A stretch of DNA of 40,541 bases from a virus (Duplodnaviria > Caudoviricetes), in the IMG/VR virus record IMGVR_UViG_3300038675_000120, positions 1 through 40,541 of that record, one strand, 5' to 3'. A model generated the notes under the pieces. The model made no database searches and was not told where the DNA came from. It saw only the letters and a program-made list of their open reading frames with translations. Below, one piece after another: positions 8,372 through 16,061 of this stretch. The position numbers and the translations under genes were made by a program. Each line of letters starts with the position of its first letter. The first letter of the stretch is position 1.

Positions 8372-8707
8372 ATGAGCAAACCAGAAAGTATCAAGATAGA
8401 TGAAGTAGAATATGTAAGAAAGGATTCAGTAAAACAAAGGGAATACTCTGGAGATGTGAAGATTGTAATTCTCCAGAGAGGCTGGGTTTATGTCGGGCAT
8501 TTCAAGCAGAACGAAAACATGATGTGTGAACTGAACGGAGCTTGCTGCATCAGAGTTTGGGGGACGACCAAAGGATTGGCTGAACTAAAGGATGGGCCGT
8601 TAAGTTCCACGAAACTTGACTACGCAGGGCGTGTTCAATTCCACCTTTTAACCTCAATCGCAATGATTGATTGTGACGGTGAAGCATGGGCCAAGCATTG
8701 CAAGTAG
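8372..8707 (+). CDS. conserved phage protein (DUF6948-like), copy 1
   Basis: VILQRGWVYVG...IRVWGTTKGLAEL..GP...TKLD; AGGAGG RBS; family name recalled, not searched. Confidence 0.75.
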   Translation: MSKPESIKIDEVEYVRKDSVKQREYSGDVKIVILQRGWVYVGHFKQNENMMCELNGACCIRVWGTTKGLAELKDGPLSSTKLDYAGRVQFHLLTSIAMIDCDGEAWAKHCK

Positions 8708-8709
8708 AA

Positions 8710-8925
8710 ATGGATGAAGGGCAACATATAGGCTCTGGCTATGGCTCTGGCGATGGCTTTGGCTCTGGCGATGGCTATGGCTTTGGCTCTGGCGATGGCT
8801 ATGGCTTTGGCTCTGGCTATGGCTATGGCGATGGCTATGGCTATGGCTATGGCGATGGCTATGGCTCTGGCTCTGGCTATGGCTCTGGCTCTGGCTATGG
8901 CGATGGCGATGGCTCTGGCTATTAA
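8710..8925 (+). CDS. Gly-X (G-Y/S/D/F) repeat peptide, copy 1
   Basis: ATG 2 nt after upstream stop; 32 consecutive GGC-NNT units at 8731-8922. Confidence 0.65.
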   Translation: MDEGQHIGSGYGSGDGFGSGDGYGFGSGDGYGFGSGYGYGDGYGYGYGDGYGSGSGYGSGSGYGDGDGSGY

Positions 8926-9102
8926 GGAATAAATAATGAGTTCAAGACGGCGACTAAGGGGTATCGAGCCCCTAATGTCAATGCCTTGGTGGAAGAGGTA
9001 GAAAAGCAAAAAGAAATAATCGACGATTACGAACGATGGGTTATGAATTGCCCTTATTAACCCCAAGACCGAAGGAATAAATAACCAAAAGGAGGAAGTG
9101 AA

Positions 9103-9438
9103 ATGAGCAAACCAGAAAGTATCAAGATAGATGAAGTAGAATATGTAAGAAAGGATTCAGTAAAACAAAGGGAATACTCTGGAGATGTGAAGATTGTAAT
9201 TCTCCAGAGAGGCTGGGTTTATGTCGGGCATTTCAAGCAGAACGAAAACATGATGTGTGAACTGAACGGAGCTTGCTGCATCAGAGTTTGGGGGACGACC
9301 AAAGGATTGGCTGAACTAAAGGATGGGCCGTTAAGTTCCACGAAACTTGACTACGCAGGGCGTGTTCAATTCCACCTTTTAACCTCAATCGCAATGATTG
9401 ATTGTGACGGTGAAGCATGGGCCAAGCATTGCAAGTAG
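9103..9438 (+). CDS. conserved phage protein (DUF6948-like), copy 2
   Basis: Identical translation to 8372-8707. Confidence 0.75.
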   Translation: MSKPESIKIDEVEYVRKDSVKQREYSGDVKIVILQRGWVYVGHFKQNENMMCELNGACCIRVWGTTKGLAELKDGPLSSTKLDYAGRVQFHLLTSIAMIDCDGEAWAKHCK

Positions 9439-9440
9439 AA

Positions 9441-9656
9441 ATGGATGAAGGGCAACATATAGGCTCTGGCTATGGCTCTGGCGATGGCTTTGGCTCTGGC
9501 GATGGCTATGGCTTTGGCTCTGGCGATGGCTATGGCTTTGGCTCTGGCTATGGCTATGGCGATGGCTATGGCTATGGCTATGGCGATGGCTATGGCTCTG
9601 GCTCTGGCTATGGCTCTGGCTCTGGCTATGGCGATGGCGATGGCTCTGGCTATTAA
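9441..9656 (+). CDS. Gly-X repeat peptide, copy 2
   Basis: Identical to 8710-8925. Confidence 0.65.
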   Translation: MDEGQHIGSGYGSGDGFGSGDGYGFGSGDGYGFGSGYGYGDGYGYGYGDGYGSGSGYGSGSGYGDGDGSGY

Positions 9657-9674
9657 GGAATAAATAATGAGTTC

Positions 9675-9912
9675 AAGACGGCGACTAAGGGGTATCGAGC
9701 CCCTAATGTCAATGCCTTGGTGGAAGAAGGTTTCTCGGATTTAGACATCCACGGCTGGTGCAACAGCCAAAATCCGAGCCAATTTTGAAGGAATAAATAA
9801 CATGGGCAAGGTGGCTCAGAAATGGGTGCCAAAAGTGGCGGGGCGTGAGATACCTCGTAAAGTGATATCGGGTCGGTCGTGTTCCACTTACTGTTCGACT
9901 GCCCTTGCCCAT
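9675..9912 (+). ncRNA. cluster of putative structured RNA elements
   Basis: AGGGG/CCCCT hairpin; CTCGGATTT/AAATCCGAG stem enclosing GGCTG-GTGCAA-CAGCC; ATGGGCAAGG/CCTTGCCCAT 10-bp stem; no convincing ORF. Confidence 0.45.
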
Positions 9913-10016
9913 CAAATCAATGTGGACGGTGTCCCTAAGGAGCATTTTCTCTGCTAAGGAGACTTAAATGTGCTTAAAACAAGCCGTCCATATAACCAAG
10001 AAGGAGGGAAGGAAAG

Positions 10017-10160
10017 ATGAAGAAATGGATTATTGTTTTAGCGGTAACTGTAGCTACTTGTCAGGCTATGTCCGACCAATGCCAGAAAAAATGTTTCTCC
10101 AGAGATTGCACCGCTCAATGCGTCATGGCTGAAATGGTTTGCAAGGCGTTGGCAAAATGA
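10017..10160 (+). CDS. small secreted Cys-rich peptide (47 aa)
   Basis: MKKWIIVLAVTVATCQAMSDQCQKKCFSRDCTAQCVMAEMVCKALAK; purine-rich RBS; ATGA coupling. Confidence 0.65.
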   Translation: MKKWIIVLAVTVATCQAMSDQCQKKCFSRDCTAQCVMAEMVCKALAK

Positions 10161-10337
10161 AGACCCCCATCCGTTCCAAGAAAAAGAAGGTTAAATGCGC
10201 TCATTGTTTCCACATTATGACGCAACAGAGGCAACCATTCTCAGATGAAGAAAAATGTCTCTGGCCAGAATACGAAACTTTCTATCTACGAAACTTTCTA
10301 TCAATGTTGTATCTGTGGACACCAGGAGGAACTATGA
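10157..10337 (+). pseudogene. Zn-ribbon gene frameshifted by a 16-bp duplication, now read through into the next gene
   Basis: TACGAAACTTTCTATC twice at 10271-10302; removing one copy gives CAHC...CCICGHQEEL* with TGA overlapping ATG 10334. Confidence 0.75.
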
Positions 10338-10738
10338 CAAACGAACTACGGGGTAAAAAGAAGAAACCAAATTATGTTTGCAAGCGATATAAAAATATCA
10401 TCCACATTTGGGAGCCTGTATTCCAAAGCAATTACTACTACATCATAGCCAAAGACTACAAAGAGTTTTGTGTAATTGCAAAGAAATGCCTTGACTGTGA
10501 ACCTCAAGATGCTGATTGGGAACCCATGGGGCACACAAGTTGCTTTGAGAAAAAGGGGGTCGGGACATTGGTTTTAATATGGACAAAAGAACATAAGGCT
10601 GATGTGATTGCACACGAATGCTTCCACGCAGTTTTTCAAGAATTAAAAGTTCGTGGGGTTCGCCTGTCAATGGACAGCGACGAGTTATATTGCTACATGT
10701 TGCAACTTTTGATGAAATCAATTCTGGAGGCGTTATGA
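10334..10738 (+). CDS. HExxH zinc metallopeptidase-like protein
   Basis: VIAHECFHAV plus downstream DELYCY; own AGGAGG RBS. Confidence 0.75.
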   Translation: MTNELRGKKKKPNYVCKRYKNIIHIWEPVFQSNYYYIIAKDYKEFCVIAKKCLDCEPQDADWEPMGHTSCFEKKGVGTLVLIWTKEHKADVIAHECFHAVFQELKVRGVRLSMDSDELYCYMLQLLMKSILEAL

Positions 10739-11082
10739 CCGATGAACTCCGTAGGAAGTGTGAGGATGAGGCGAAAGAGCTTTCAAAAAAGTGTTCGCTT
10801 GGAAAAGGAATGACACATAATGGAGGCGTTGTGTGCGACTCTTGTATAACCGAAGCCCTTCTTCAGCGGGAGAAGCAGATTGAGAGAATAACCCAAAATG
10901 CAATCAAGCTTTTATCGTGTTGCGATAAACATACTGGGCTTTCTTTTGATGATTTTTTGCGGGCTGGAGGAGGAAAATGTTCGATATGCCTCCAAGAAAA
11001 ACTTGCCGTGGCTAGGGAGGCGTTGGATAATGCGAATGAGTGTATTAAAACTGGGCTACATCTTGGGGAGAAGAATAAATGA
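10735..11082 (+). CDS. hypothetical Cys-rich protein
   Basis: GGAGG RBS, ATGA coupling; CDSC, CCDKH, CSIC. Confidence 0.65.
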   Translation: MTDELRRKCEDEAKELSKKCSLGKGMTHNGGVVCDSCITEALLQREKQIERITQNAIKLLSCCDKHTGLSFDDFLRAGGGKCSICLQEKLAVAREALDNANECIKTGLHLGEKNK

Positions 11083-11532
11083 CTAAGAGAGAGCGAGGCA
11101 GTAAGGATAAGCGACAGAGGCACCGACGAAGGCTTCGACCATTTTCCAAGGCGTGTATTGTGATAAAGGACGAAGGTTGGATGCGGTTCCAAACACTCCT
11201 TGCATTAGCATCGGTAGCAAAAATGATAGAGGAAAAACTTGGGAAATCAGCAAAGAAGGAATTCCTAAGATGGCTCCGGCAACCCAAACCCAAGCCCAAT
11301 TCCAAGGCGAGGCGTGGACGCTATCCCCTATCAAAGTGAATGGCAGTCGTAACGCCGCACCAAGTAGCAACGATGAGGCAACCAACTGCCATGAGAGTCC
11401 AGAAAACAACAAGCCAAAGGCAAGTAAGGACAACGGCAGCCCAAGCCTTCGCCAGTTCTTTTGTTTCCAACCACCGATTATGTAGAGTGCGGAAAAAATC
11501 GGGCATAGAAGCCATATTAGCTCTCTTTCCAC
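11083..11532 (-). CDS. multi-pass membrane protein
   Basis: 4-5 hydrophobic segments; IGGW..K.WRR; AAGGAG RBS before GTG; last gene of late arm. Confidence 0.75.
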   Translation of the reverse strand: MERELIWLLCPIFSALYIIGGWKQKNWRRLGLPLSLLAFGLLFSGLSWQLVASSLLLGAALRLPFTLIGDSVHASPWNWAWVWVAGAILGIPSLLISQVFPLSFLLPMLMQGVFGTASNLRPLSQYTPWKMVEAFVGASVAYPYCLALS

Positions 11533-11666
11533 GGCGGCTCCTTGAATGGCGTGCGATCCTCAAATTCCTGTTTCTTACCTATGTTATAACCTGAGACGGG
11601 GCGGTGATATCCCATAACCCTCGACCACACCTCGCATTTTGTTCTTTCTTTTTCTTCTAGTTTCAT
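11517..11666 (-). CDS. stand-alone glycyl-radical domain of class III ribonucleotide reductase (NrdD C-terminus, 49 aa)
   Basis: Not in ORF track. MKLEEKERTKCEVWSRVMGYHRPVSGYNIGKKQEFEDRTPFKEPPWKES contains RVxGY-xRPV-xxxNxGKxxEFxxR. Confidence 0.9.
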   Translation of the reverse strand: MKLEEKERTKCEVWSRVMGYHRPVSGYNIGKKQEFEDRTPFKEPPWKES

Positions 11667-11963
11667 TTATTGCCCCCCAAAGAAATAACTCGCAATCTCC
11701 CAGCCGATGACGCCAAGGGTCACATAAAGGAAGAAAGTAAACCACCATATTTGTTTGCGGAAGAACGTGATTCCAAGAGTGCCGACATCAAAGCCAATGA
11801 GCATCCAGAGCCCTACTGTCCTCCAAAGACCAGAGAGAACGCCAAGGTGAACTACTAATCCAACCATTGAGAGAGCGAAGCAGGATAACGCCGCATAAGC
11901 CCAGAATGGTTCTTTGATTGCCCAATCACGCCACCTAGTTGAGATAGTTTTTCGCTTGCTCAT
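11667..11963 (-). CDS. membrane protein (about 3 TM), possible holin/accessory lysis protein
   Basis: Three hydrophobic stretches, ATGA coupling. Confidence 0.65.
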   Translation of the reverse strand: MSKRKTISTRWRDWAIKEPFWAYAALSCFALSMVGLVVHLGVLSGLWRTVGLWMLIGFDVGTLGITFFRKQIWWFTFFLYVTLGVIGWEIASYFFGGQ

Positions 11964-12142
11964 TTTTCCTCCAGCTTAACTTTCATCACATTTTTAATGT
12001 AGTCTTGAGACATACAGACCCACCCGTCTTGCATCCTGATGTCTTGGTCTGTGACAGGATGAAGATGCACCTCTTTCTTAAAAAGACTACATCCGGTTAA
12101 TGTCGTCAAACAGACGAGTGATATCAGAAGTCGTCTTAGCAT
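11960..12142 (-). CDS. lipoprotein, o-spanin-like
   Basis: MLRRLLISLVCLTTLTGC lipobox; AAGGAG RBS; starts inside the upstream TM gene. Confidence 0.7.
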   Translation of the reverse strand: MLRRLLISLVCLTTLTGCSLFKKEVHLHPVTDQDIRMQDGWVCMSQDYIKNVMKVKLEEK

Positions 12143-12257
12143 TGGGTATCTCCTTCCTAATTGCCTCAATCTTTGCCTTCTTCTCCTCATCGAGAGAAAA
12201 CCACCACTTGAGGATCATGGCTATAATTTGAATGGCTGCGGTGATTCCTGCCCACAT
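12087..12257 (-). CDS. N-terminal TM plus helical protein, i-spanin-like (56 aa)
   Basis: Not in ORF track. MWAGITAAIQIIAMILKWWFSLDEEKKAKIEAIRKE...DDINRM; overlaps the lipoprotein gene in another frame. Confidence 0.65.
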   Translation of the reverse strand: MWAGITAAIQIIAMILKWWFSLDEEKKAKIEAIRKEIPNAKTTSDITRLFDDINRM

Positions 12258-12258
12258 A

Positions 12259-12444
12259 CTATTTCTTCACCAGCTTGGCGATTAGATTATGAAGGAACGC
12301 ATAGACCGAATCATCCCAAGTCCATTTCGTCCACTTCACGACGATACCGAGGATAATGTCAACCGCCCCGATTATCGCAAGCACTTCAACCCAATTATCC
12401 TTCACAAAGTTAATCGTAAGATTCACAACATCTACAATGCTCAT
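12259..12444 (-). CDS. holin-like small membrane protein
   Basis: One TM then KWTKWTWDD; AAGGAGG RBS; next to spanin-like pair. Confidence 0.6.
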   Translation of the reverse strand: MSIVDVVNLTINFVKDNWVEVLAIIGAVDIILGIVVKWTKWTWDDSVYAFLHNLIAKLVKK

Positions 12445-12617
12445 TTGAATTCCTCCTTATATTCCACTACGACGATGTCCTCGATTAAGTTTTTAATCGA
12501 GTGTGCTTCTAGCTTCATTCTCTCAAGATTCTTTGCTGGCTCTTGAAGGAACTGAAGTAATGCGTGTCTAAGATTCCAAAGTTGCTTATGAAACTCCAAT
12601 AGTTCTTCGGGCGTCAT
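12441..12617 (-). CDS. hypothetical protein (58 aa)
   Basis: MTPEELLEFHKQLWNLRH...EEFK; ATGA overlaps at both ends. Confidence 0.6.
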   Translation of the reverse strand: MTPEELLEFHKQLWNLRHALLQFLQEPAKNLERMKLEAHSIKNLIEDIVVVEYKEEFK

Positions 12618-12967
12618 TTTGTGTTAGGGTGTTGCTCTAAATACCGATTCCATCTTTGAGTGTTGACCTCGACTTGATTACTAATGGCTCCCCATGCAAT
12701 TAAGCCGCTTATGCAAAGGAGAGATACGGTAAAGACTATCTTTTGAAGCCAGCCAATTTCCTTATTCATGGCTTTAGATTCTGCAAGTCTGGATTCGCAA
12801 GGGAAAGAGCTCATTTTGGAAATAAGAAAATCAAGTTTCTTGCAAAATCTTCCTCTCCAATCATTAGCTTCTTTTTTGTATTCTTCTTGATTGACTAAGA
12901 TTTGATCGACCCTAGTTTCTAAAATTGCTATTCTCTCGTCATCCATGCGTCTTAGTTCTGCGGTCAT
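12614..12967 (-). CDS. coiled-coil protein with C-terminal TM (lysis-region protein)
   Basis: ERIAILETRVD heptads, TM near C-terminus. Confidence 0.65.
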   Translation of the reverse strand: MTAELRRMDDERIAILETRVDQILVNQEEYKKEANDWRGRFCKKLDFLISKMSSFPCESRLAESKAMNKEIGWLQKIVFTVSLLCISGLIAWGAISNQVEVNTQRWNRYLEQHPNTK

Positions 12968-13001
12968 TTTTCCGCTAGTCCTTTCCTGTATAATCCGCCA
13001 T

Positions 13002-15794
13002 TTACGCCACCAAGTTCCTGATGAATTTTATAAGCTTCACTAAGAATTTTCCTATAGAGCCAGCCGTTGTCATAGTCGAAGTCTGCACCGCCCATACGTC
13101 ATTGGCAGAATTAAGGGTTGCAATCGTCGGGATAATAGGTGTCCCACGATACCAGTTATCCAAAGAGCCAAGATTAATGGTCGTTCCCGCAGGGTAAAGC
13201 ACGGAATAATCATCCACATAGAAATAAGCGTTTGTGCTTGTAGCGTCTGTGTAAGCCGTGATTTCAGCCGTGATTTGCCCGTAAGTCGTAAGAGGTGTAA
13301 TCGGGACATGAAGCAGTTGCCAGTCCGTTGATTGTGCCGCCTCTGCGTAAGTGGTTGAGGTCTGGTCGTATGTGATTTTTAGTCTCGGCATCTGATAGTT
13401 CGTTCCTGCGTAGTAATTTGCCGAGTTTAGTTTTACCCACACCATGACGGACATTTGCTTGTTTTGGATATTGCCTGTAGGAATGTTCTGCCTGAAAGAA
13501 TACGGCACAAGCGTGAGGTATTGGATTGGCTCAATCCGCATAGCGTAACCGCCTGCCGTGTGAGCCGTCGTATCGGTCAGCCCTGTTCCTGTCTTTTGGA
13601 TCGTGGCGTTTGTGTGATACTGAATGGAATCATTTGCAGCCGCCAAATCCTCAAAAGTTACTTTGGAATCGTAAGGATAGGTGAATCTTGACGATTGAAC
13701 TATGCGTTGGAGATTAGTGCAGGAAGTAATTGTTAAATCAGTATAACCAGCACTTAAAAGAAGTGTAAAATCAGCACCAGAAGTATACGCTTCTGGACCA
13801 AAAGTAAATCCTCCGATAGTGGCATTGAAAATGTTGCCATCTACCCGCACTCCCACGGTATGCCTATCGAGCGAGTTCCCCGAAACATTCACGGGTTCTA
13901 TCAGATTTTGAACCTGATAGCCCTCTCCTGAAGTTCCGTAGCCCACATTGTCATAAAATTCAGTATTAAGTCCTGTGATCATGGCTGCTCGGAAATTCTG
14001 AAAAATATTGTCGTGAATCTTATACGTTATGATGCTTGTAAGAGCCGTATAAAACATGGAATTGGTTGTGGAATAAAAGTTGCAGTTTTTGACTTCAACA
14101 ACCCCCGATGTTTTTGGAGCCGTAGTGCTGATGGAAGCCGAATTATAAGAATATCCCCCACTTCCTCCGACAAAATTTGTGTTTGATATTTCTACACCCT
14201 CTGGTGGCACTGTAACGTAAGTAAAGAAATATTGACTCCCAGCGGGGGTTAAAATAACGAAGCAATTTGACACAAGATATTCGCTCCTTAACGCATCAGT
14301 GGAAAGATACGCCGTTGAAGCGGATTGCGGTGTATCGAATCTTATCTGAGAAAACATGACTCCAGAAAAGATAAGTTCGCTCGGAAAACCGATAAATCCT
14401 CTCAAGTCAACAGATGCTGTTGAATCCGTAGTGATTTCAAATCCGTATCCATTGTTTGTATAAACTACCCCGCCTTTTCTAGCCATGTAACTCGTAAGAG
14501 AACTGGAAAGCTTAATCTGTGTTCCTGATACAGATGAAATCGTTCGATAGGTAACATCTCCTGTTCCCCAGATCATCCTTTTCCCAACCCAAACATTATC
14601 TCCCACCGACCAACCAGTAGCTCCAACAGTTTCGACAACGCCTTTTATAGTATGTGTTCCAGACTGAGAACCAGAGGTATTGATTAATCCACCGCCCCTT
14701 GTGGCTTCTAGGTTGAAAGTGCTGGAATTAATATACTTTACGTAGTAGATGGTTCCAGCCGTGATGCCCGTTGGCAATGCTCCCGTAGTTGAAAAATAAA
14801 CTGGGTCGCCGTCTTCAAGTCTGTGAGAGGAGTAAGTAACAACGCAGGGAGATGCAATCGTCATAGTTGCGGTGCCATCTAATGCGACGTTGTAAGCAAG
14901 GGTTTCATTGGGTGTTGTTGGAACTTCTCCATAAAATGCAAGGTTAGTTCTTTGTCCATAATAAGAAGGATATGAAGTTGAAAATTGCGAAGCACTCCAA
15001 AAGCCAGAACGCCCCGCTGTTCCCGCTGTTGGCGTGTACTGAAAAACGATTTTTCCCTTATTAGCTAAAGATACGGGAGATCCAGAAGTTCCAGCGGAGA
15101 AGCCACTGTCGGACGAAAGAAGGATATAGCCAGAAACAGTGAGCGTGTAAGCCGCTGAACTGTCCCAATCAAAGGAGTATTTGTTGGCTGTGTGGTCGGC
15201 AATCCGGCAGCCGATCATAGCGATTGAATTAGCCGTATCTCCCGTTCCAAGAACCCCCGTTGCAGTCGTCGTCTTATCAATCGTTACCTTGTCCTTACTG
15301 ATTACCACATCCCCTGAAGCGTGAGAAACGGCGTTATCGCACCAAGTGAAATAAAAGTAATTGCTTCCTGAAGATGTGTGAAAAAAAGTAGCAGAAGATG
15401 ATTGAACCCTAAAACGCCACTTACTGGCAGTGGTATCTACGGCGTAAGGGGAAGAAAAAATAAACGGAATAATGGAAAACATCGTGGGGGTTCCAGAGTA
15501 AGGATTTGAACCAACCGCTTGTGCTTCTGTGTAGGTTACCGCTGTCCTGTCCGTCCAAACCGAGGCGACATTCTCCTGCAAGGTAACGGTAAAGGTAAGA
15601 GAACCAGAGTTCGGCTTATACATGGCGAGCCCCAGCCCCTGACAGTTCCCAGCGTTAGCAAAAGTAACTGGAATGTTGAAATCAGCTGAAGAAACGAGCG
15701 TCCCGCCCAAGATTCCTACGTTATACGCCTCTACTCGGTAGAATCCGTTTGCCGTATTAAGGGTCGTGTCGCCGTTGGAGATAATGACAGCCAT
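13002..15794 (-). CDS. large virion fibre/spike protein (930 aa)
   Basis: S/T/G-rich beta protein; TIASPCVVT..H.L.DGD.VYF.TTGALPTG module; beta-helix-like middle. Confidence 0.75.
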   Translation of the reverse strand: MAVIISNGDTTLNTANGFYRVEAYNVGILGGTLVSSADFNIPVTFANAGNCQGLGLAMYKPNSGSLTFTVTLQENVASVWTDRTAVTYTEAQAVGSNPYSGTPTMFSIIPFIFSSPYAVDTTASKWRFRVQSSSATFFHTSSGSNYFYFTWCDNAVSHASGDVVISKDKVTIDKTTTATGVLGTGDTANSIAMIGCRIADHTANKYSFDWDSSAAYTLTVSGYILLSSDSGFSAGTSGSPVSLANKGKIVFQYTPTAGTAGRSGFWSASQFSTSYPSYYGQRTNLAFYGEVPTTPNETLAYNVALDGTATMTIASPCVVTYSSHRLEDGDPVYFSTTGALPTGITAGTIYYVKYINSSTFNLEATRGGGLINTSGSQSGTHTIKGVVETVGATGWSVGDNVWVGKRMIWGTGDVTYRTISSVSGTQIKLSSSLTSYMARKGGVVYTNNGYGFEITTDSTASVDLRGFIGFPSELIFSGVMFSQIRFDTPQSASTAYLSTDALRSEYLVSNCFVILTPAGSQYFFTYVTVPPEGVEISNTNFVGGSGGYSYNSASISTTAPKTSGVVEVKNCNFYSTTNSMFYTALTSIITYKIHDNIFQNFRAAMITGLNTEFYDNVGYGTSGEGYQVQNLIEPVNVSGNSLDRHTVGVRVDGNIFNATIGGFTFGPEAYTSGADFTLLLSAGYTDLTITSCTNLQRIVQSSRFTYPYDSKVTFEDLAAANDSIQYHTNATIQKTGTGLTDTTAHTAGGYAMRIEPIQYLTLVPYSFRQNIPTGNIQNKQMSVMVWVKLNSANYYAGTNYQMPRLKITYDQTSTTYAEAAQSTDWQLLHVPITPLTTYGQITAEITAYTDATSTNAYFYVDDYSVLYPAGTTINLGSLDNWYRGTPIIPTIATLNSANDVWAVQTSTMTTAGSIGKFLVKLIKFIRNLVA

Positions 15795-16060
15795 TAAAGC
15801 GCCTCTATGCCCTGCTTGATTTTTTCAAGTTTAGATTTCTTCTGCTCAAGGAAATTCTTTTCTGCTGAATAGTCTGTTCTTGGATAATTCAGTCTCGCCC
15901 ATTCAAGTAAGACAGCGTCGGACGGGTCGGGCGGGATTTCCTCTAACCTTTTATTAACAGTCTCAAGTTCTAGCTTTAGAACGGACGGGTCTACAACCTC
16001 CGCAGAACCAAGCGTCTCGTCGTAGCTTATGAATTTTGTGTCATCTATTTTTATAATCAT
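15794..16060 (-). CDS. hypothetical protein, possible fibre chaperone
   Basis: TAATG coupling to fibre gene. Confidence 0.65.
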   Translation of the reverse strand: MIIKIDDTKFISYDETLGSAEVVDPSVLKLELETVNKRLEEIPPDPSDAVLLEWARLNYPRTDYSAEKNFLEQKKSKLEKIKQGIEAL

Positions 16061-16061
16061 G

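Larger units (their letters stand above)
8255..9727. repeat. 731-bp direct tandem duplication
   Basis: 8255-8985 equals 8986-9716 by inspection; TTGGTGGAAGA at 8255, 8986 and 9717. Confidence 0.95.

Noticed and set aside
8741-9663. MALAMA... ORFs and the antisense AIAIARA ORF
   Set aside because: Alternate-frame shadows of the GGC-NNT hexamer repeat; the invariant GGC points to the Gly frame
9802-9912. Canonical tRNA gene
   Set aside because: T-stem does not pair, no clear 7-nt anticodon loop, too long; kept only as a tRNA-like structure
10139-10738. Single native 199-aa protein as in the ORF track
   Set aside because: Explained by the 16-bp duplication joining two ATGA-coupled genes
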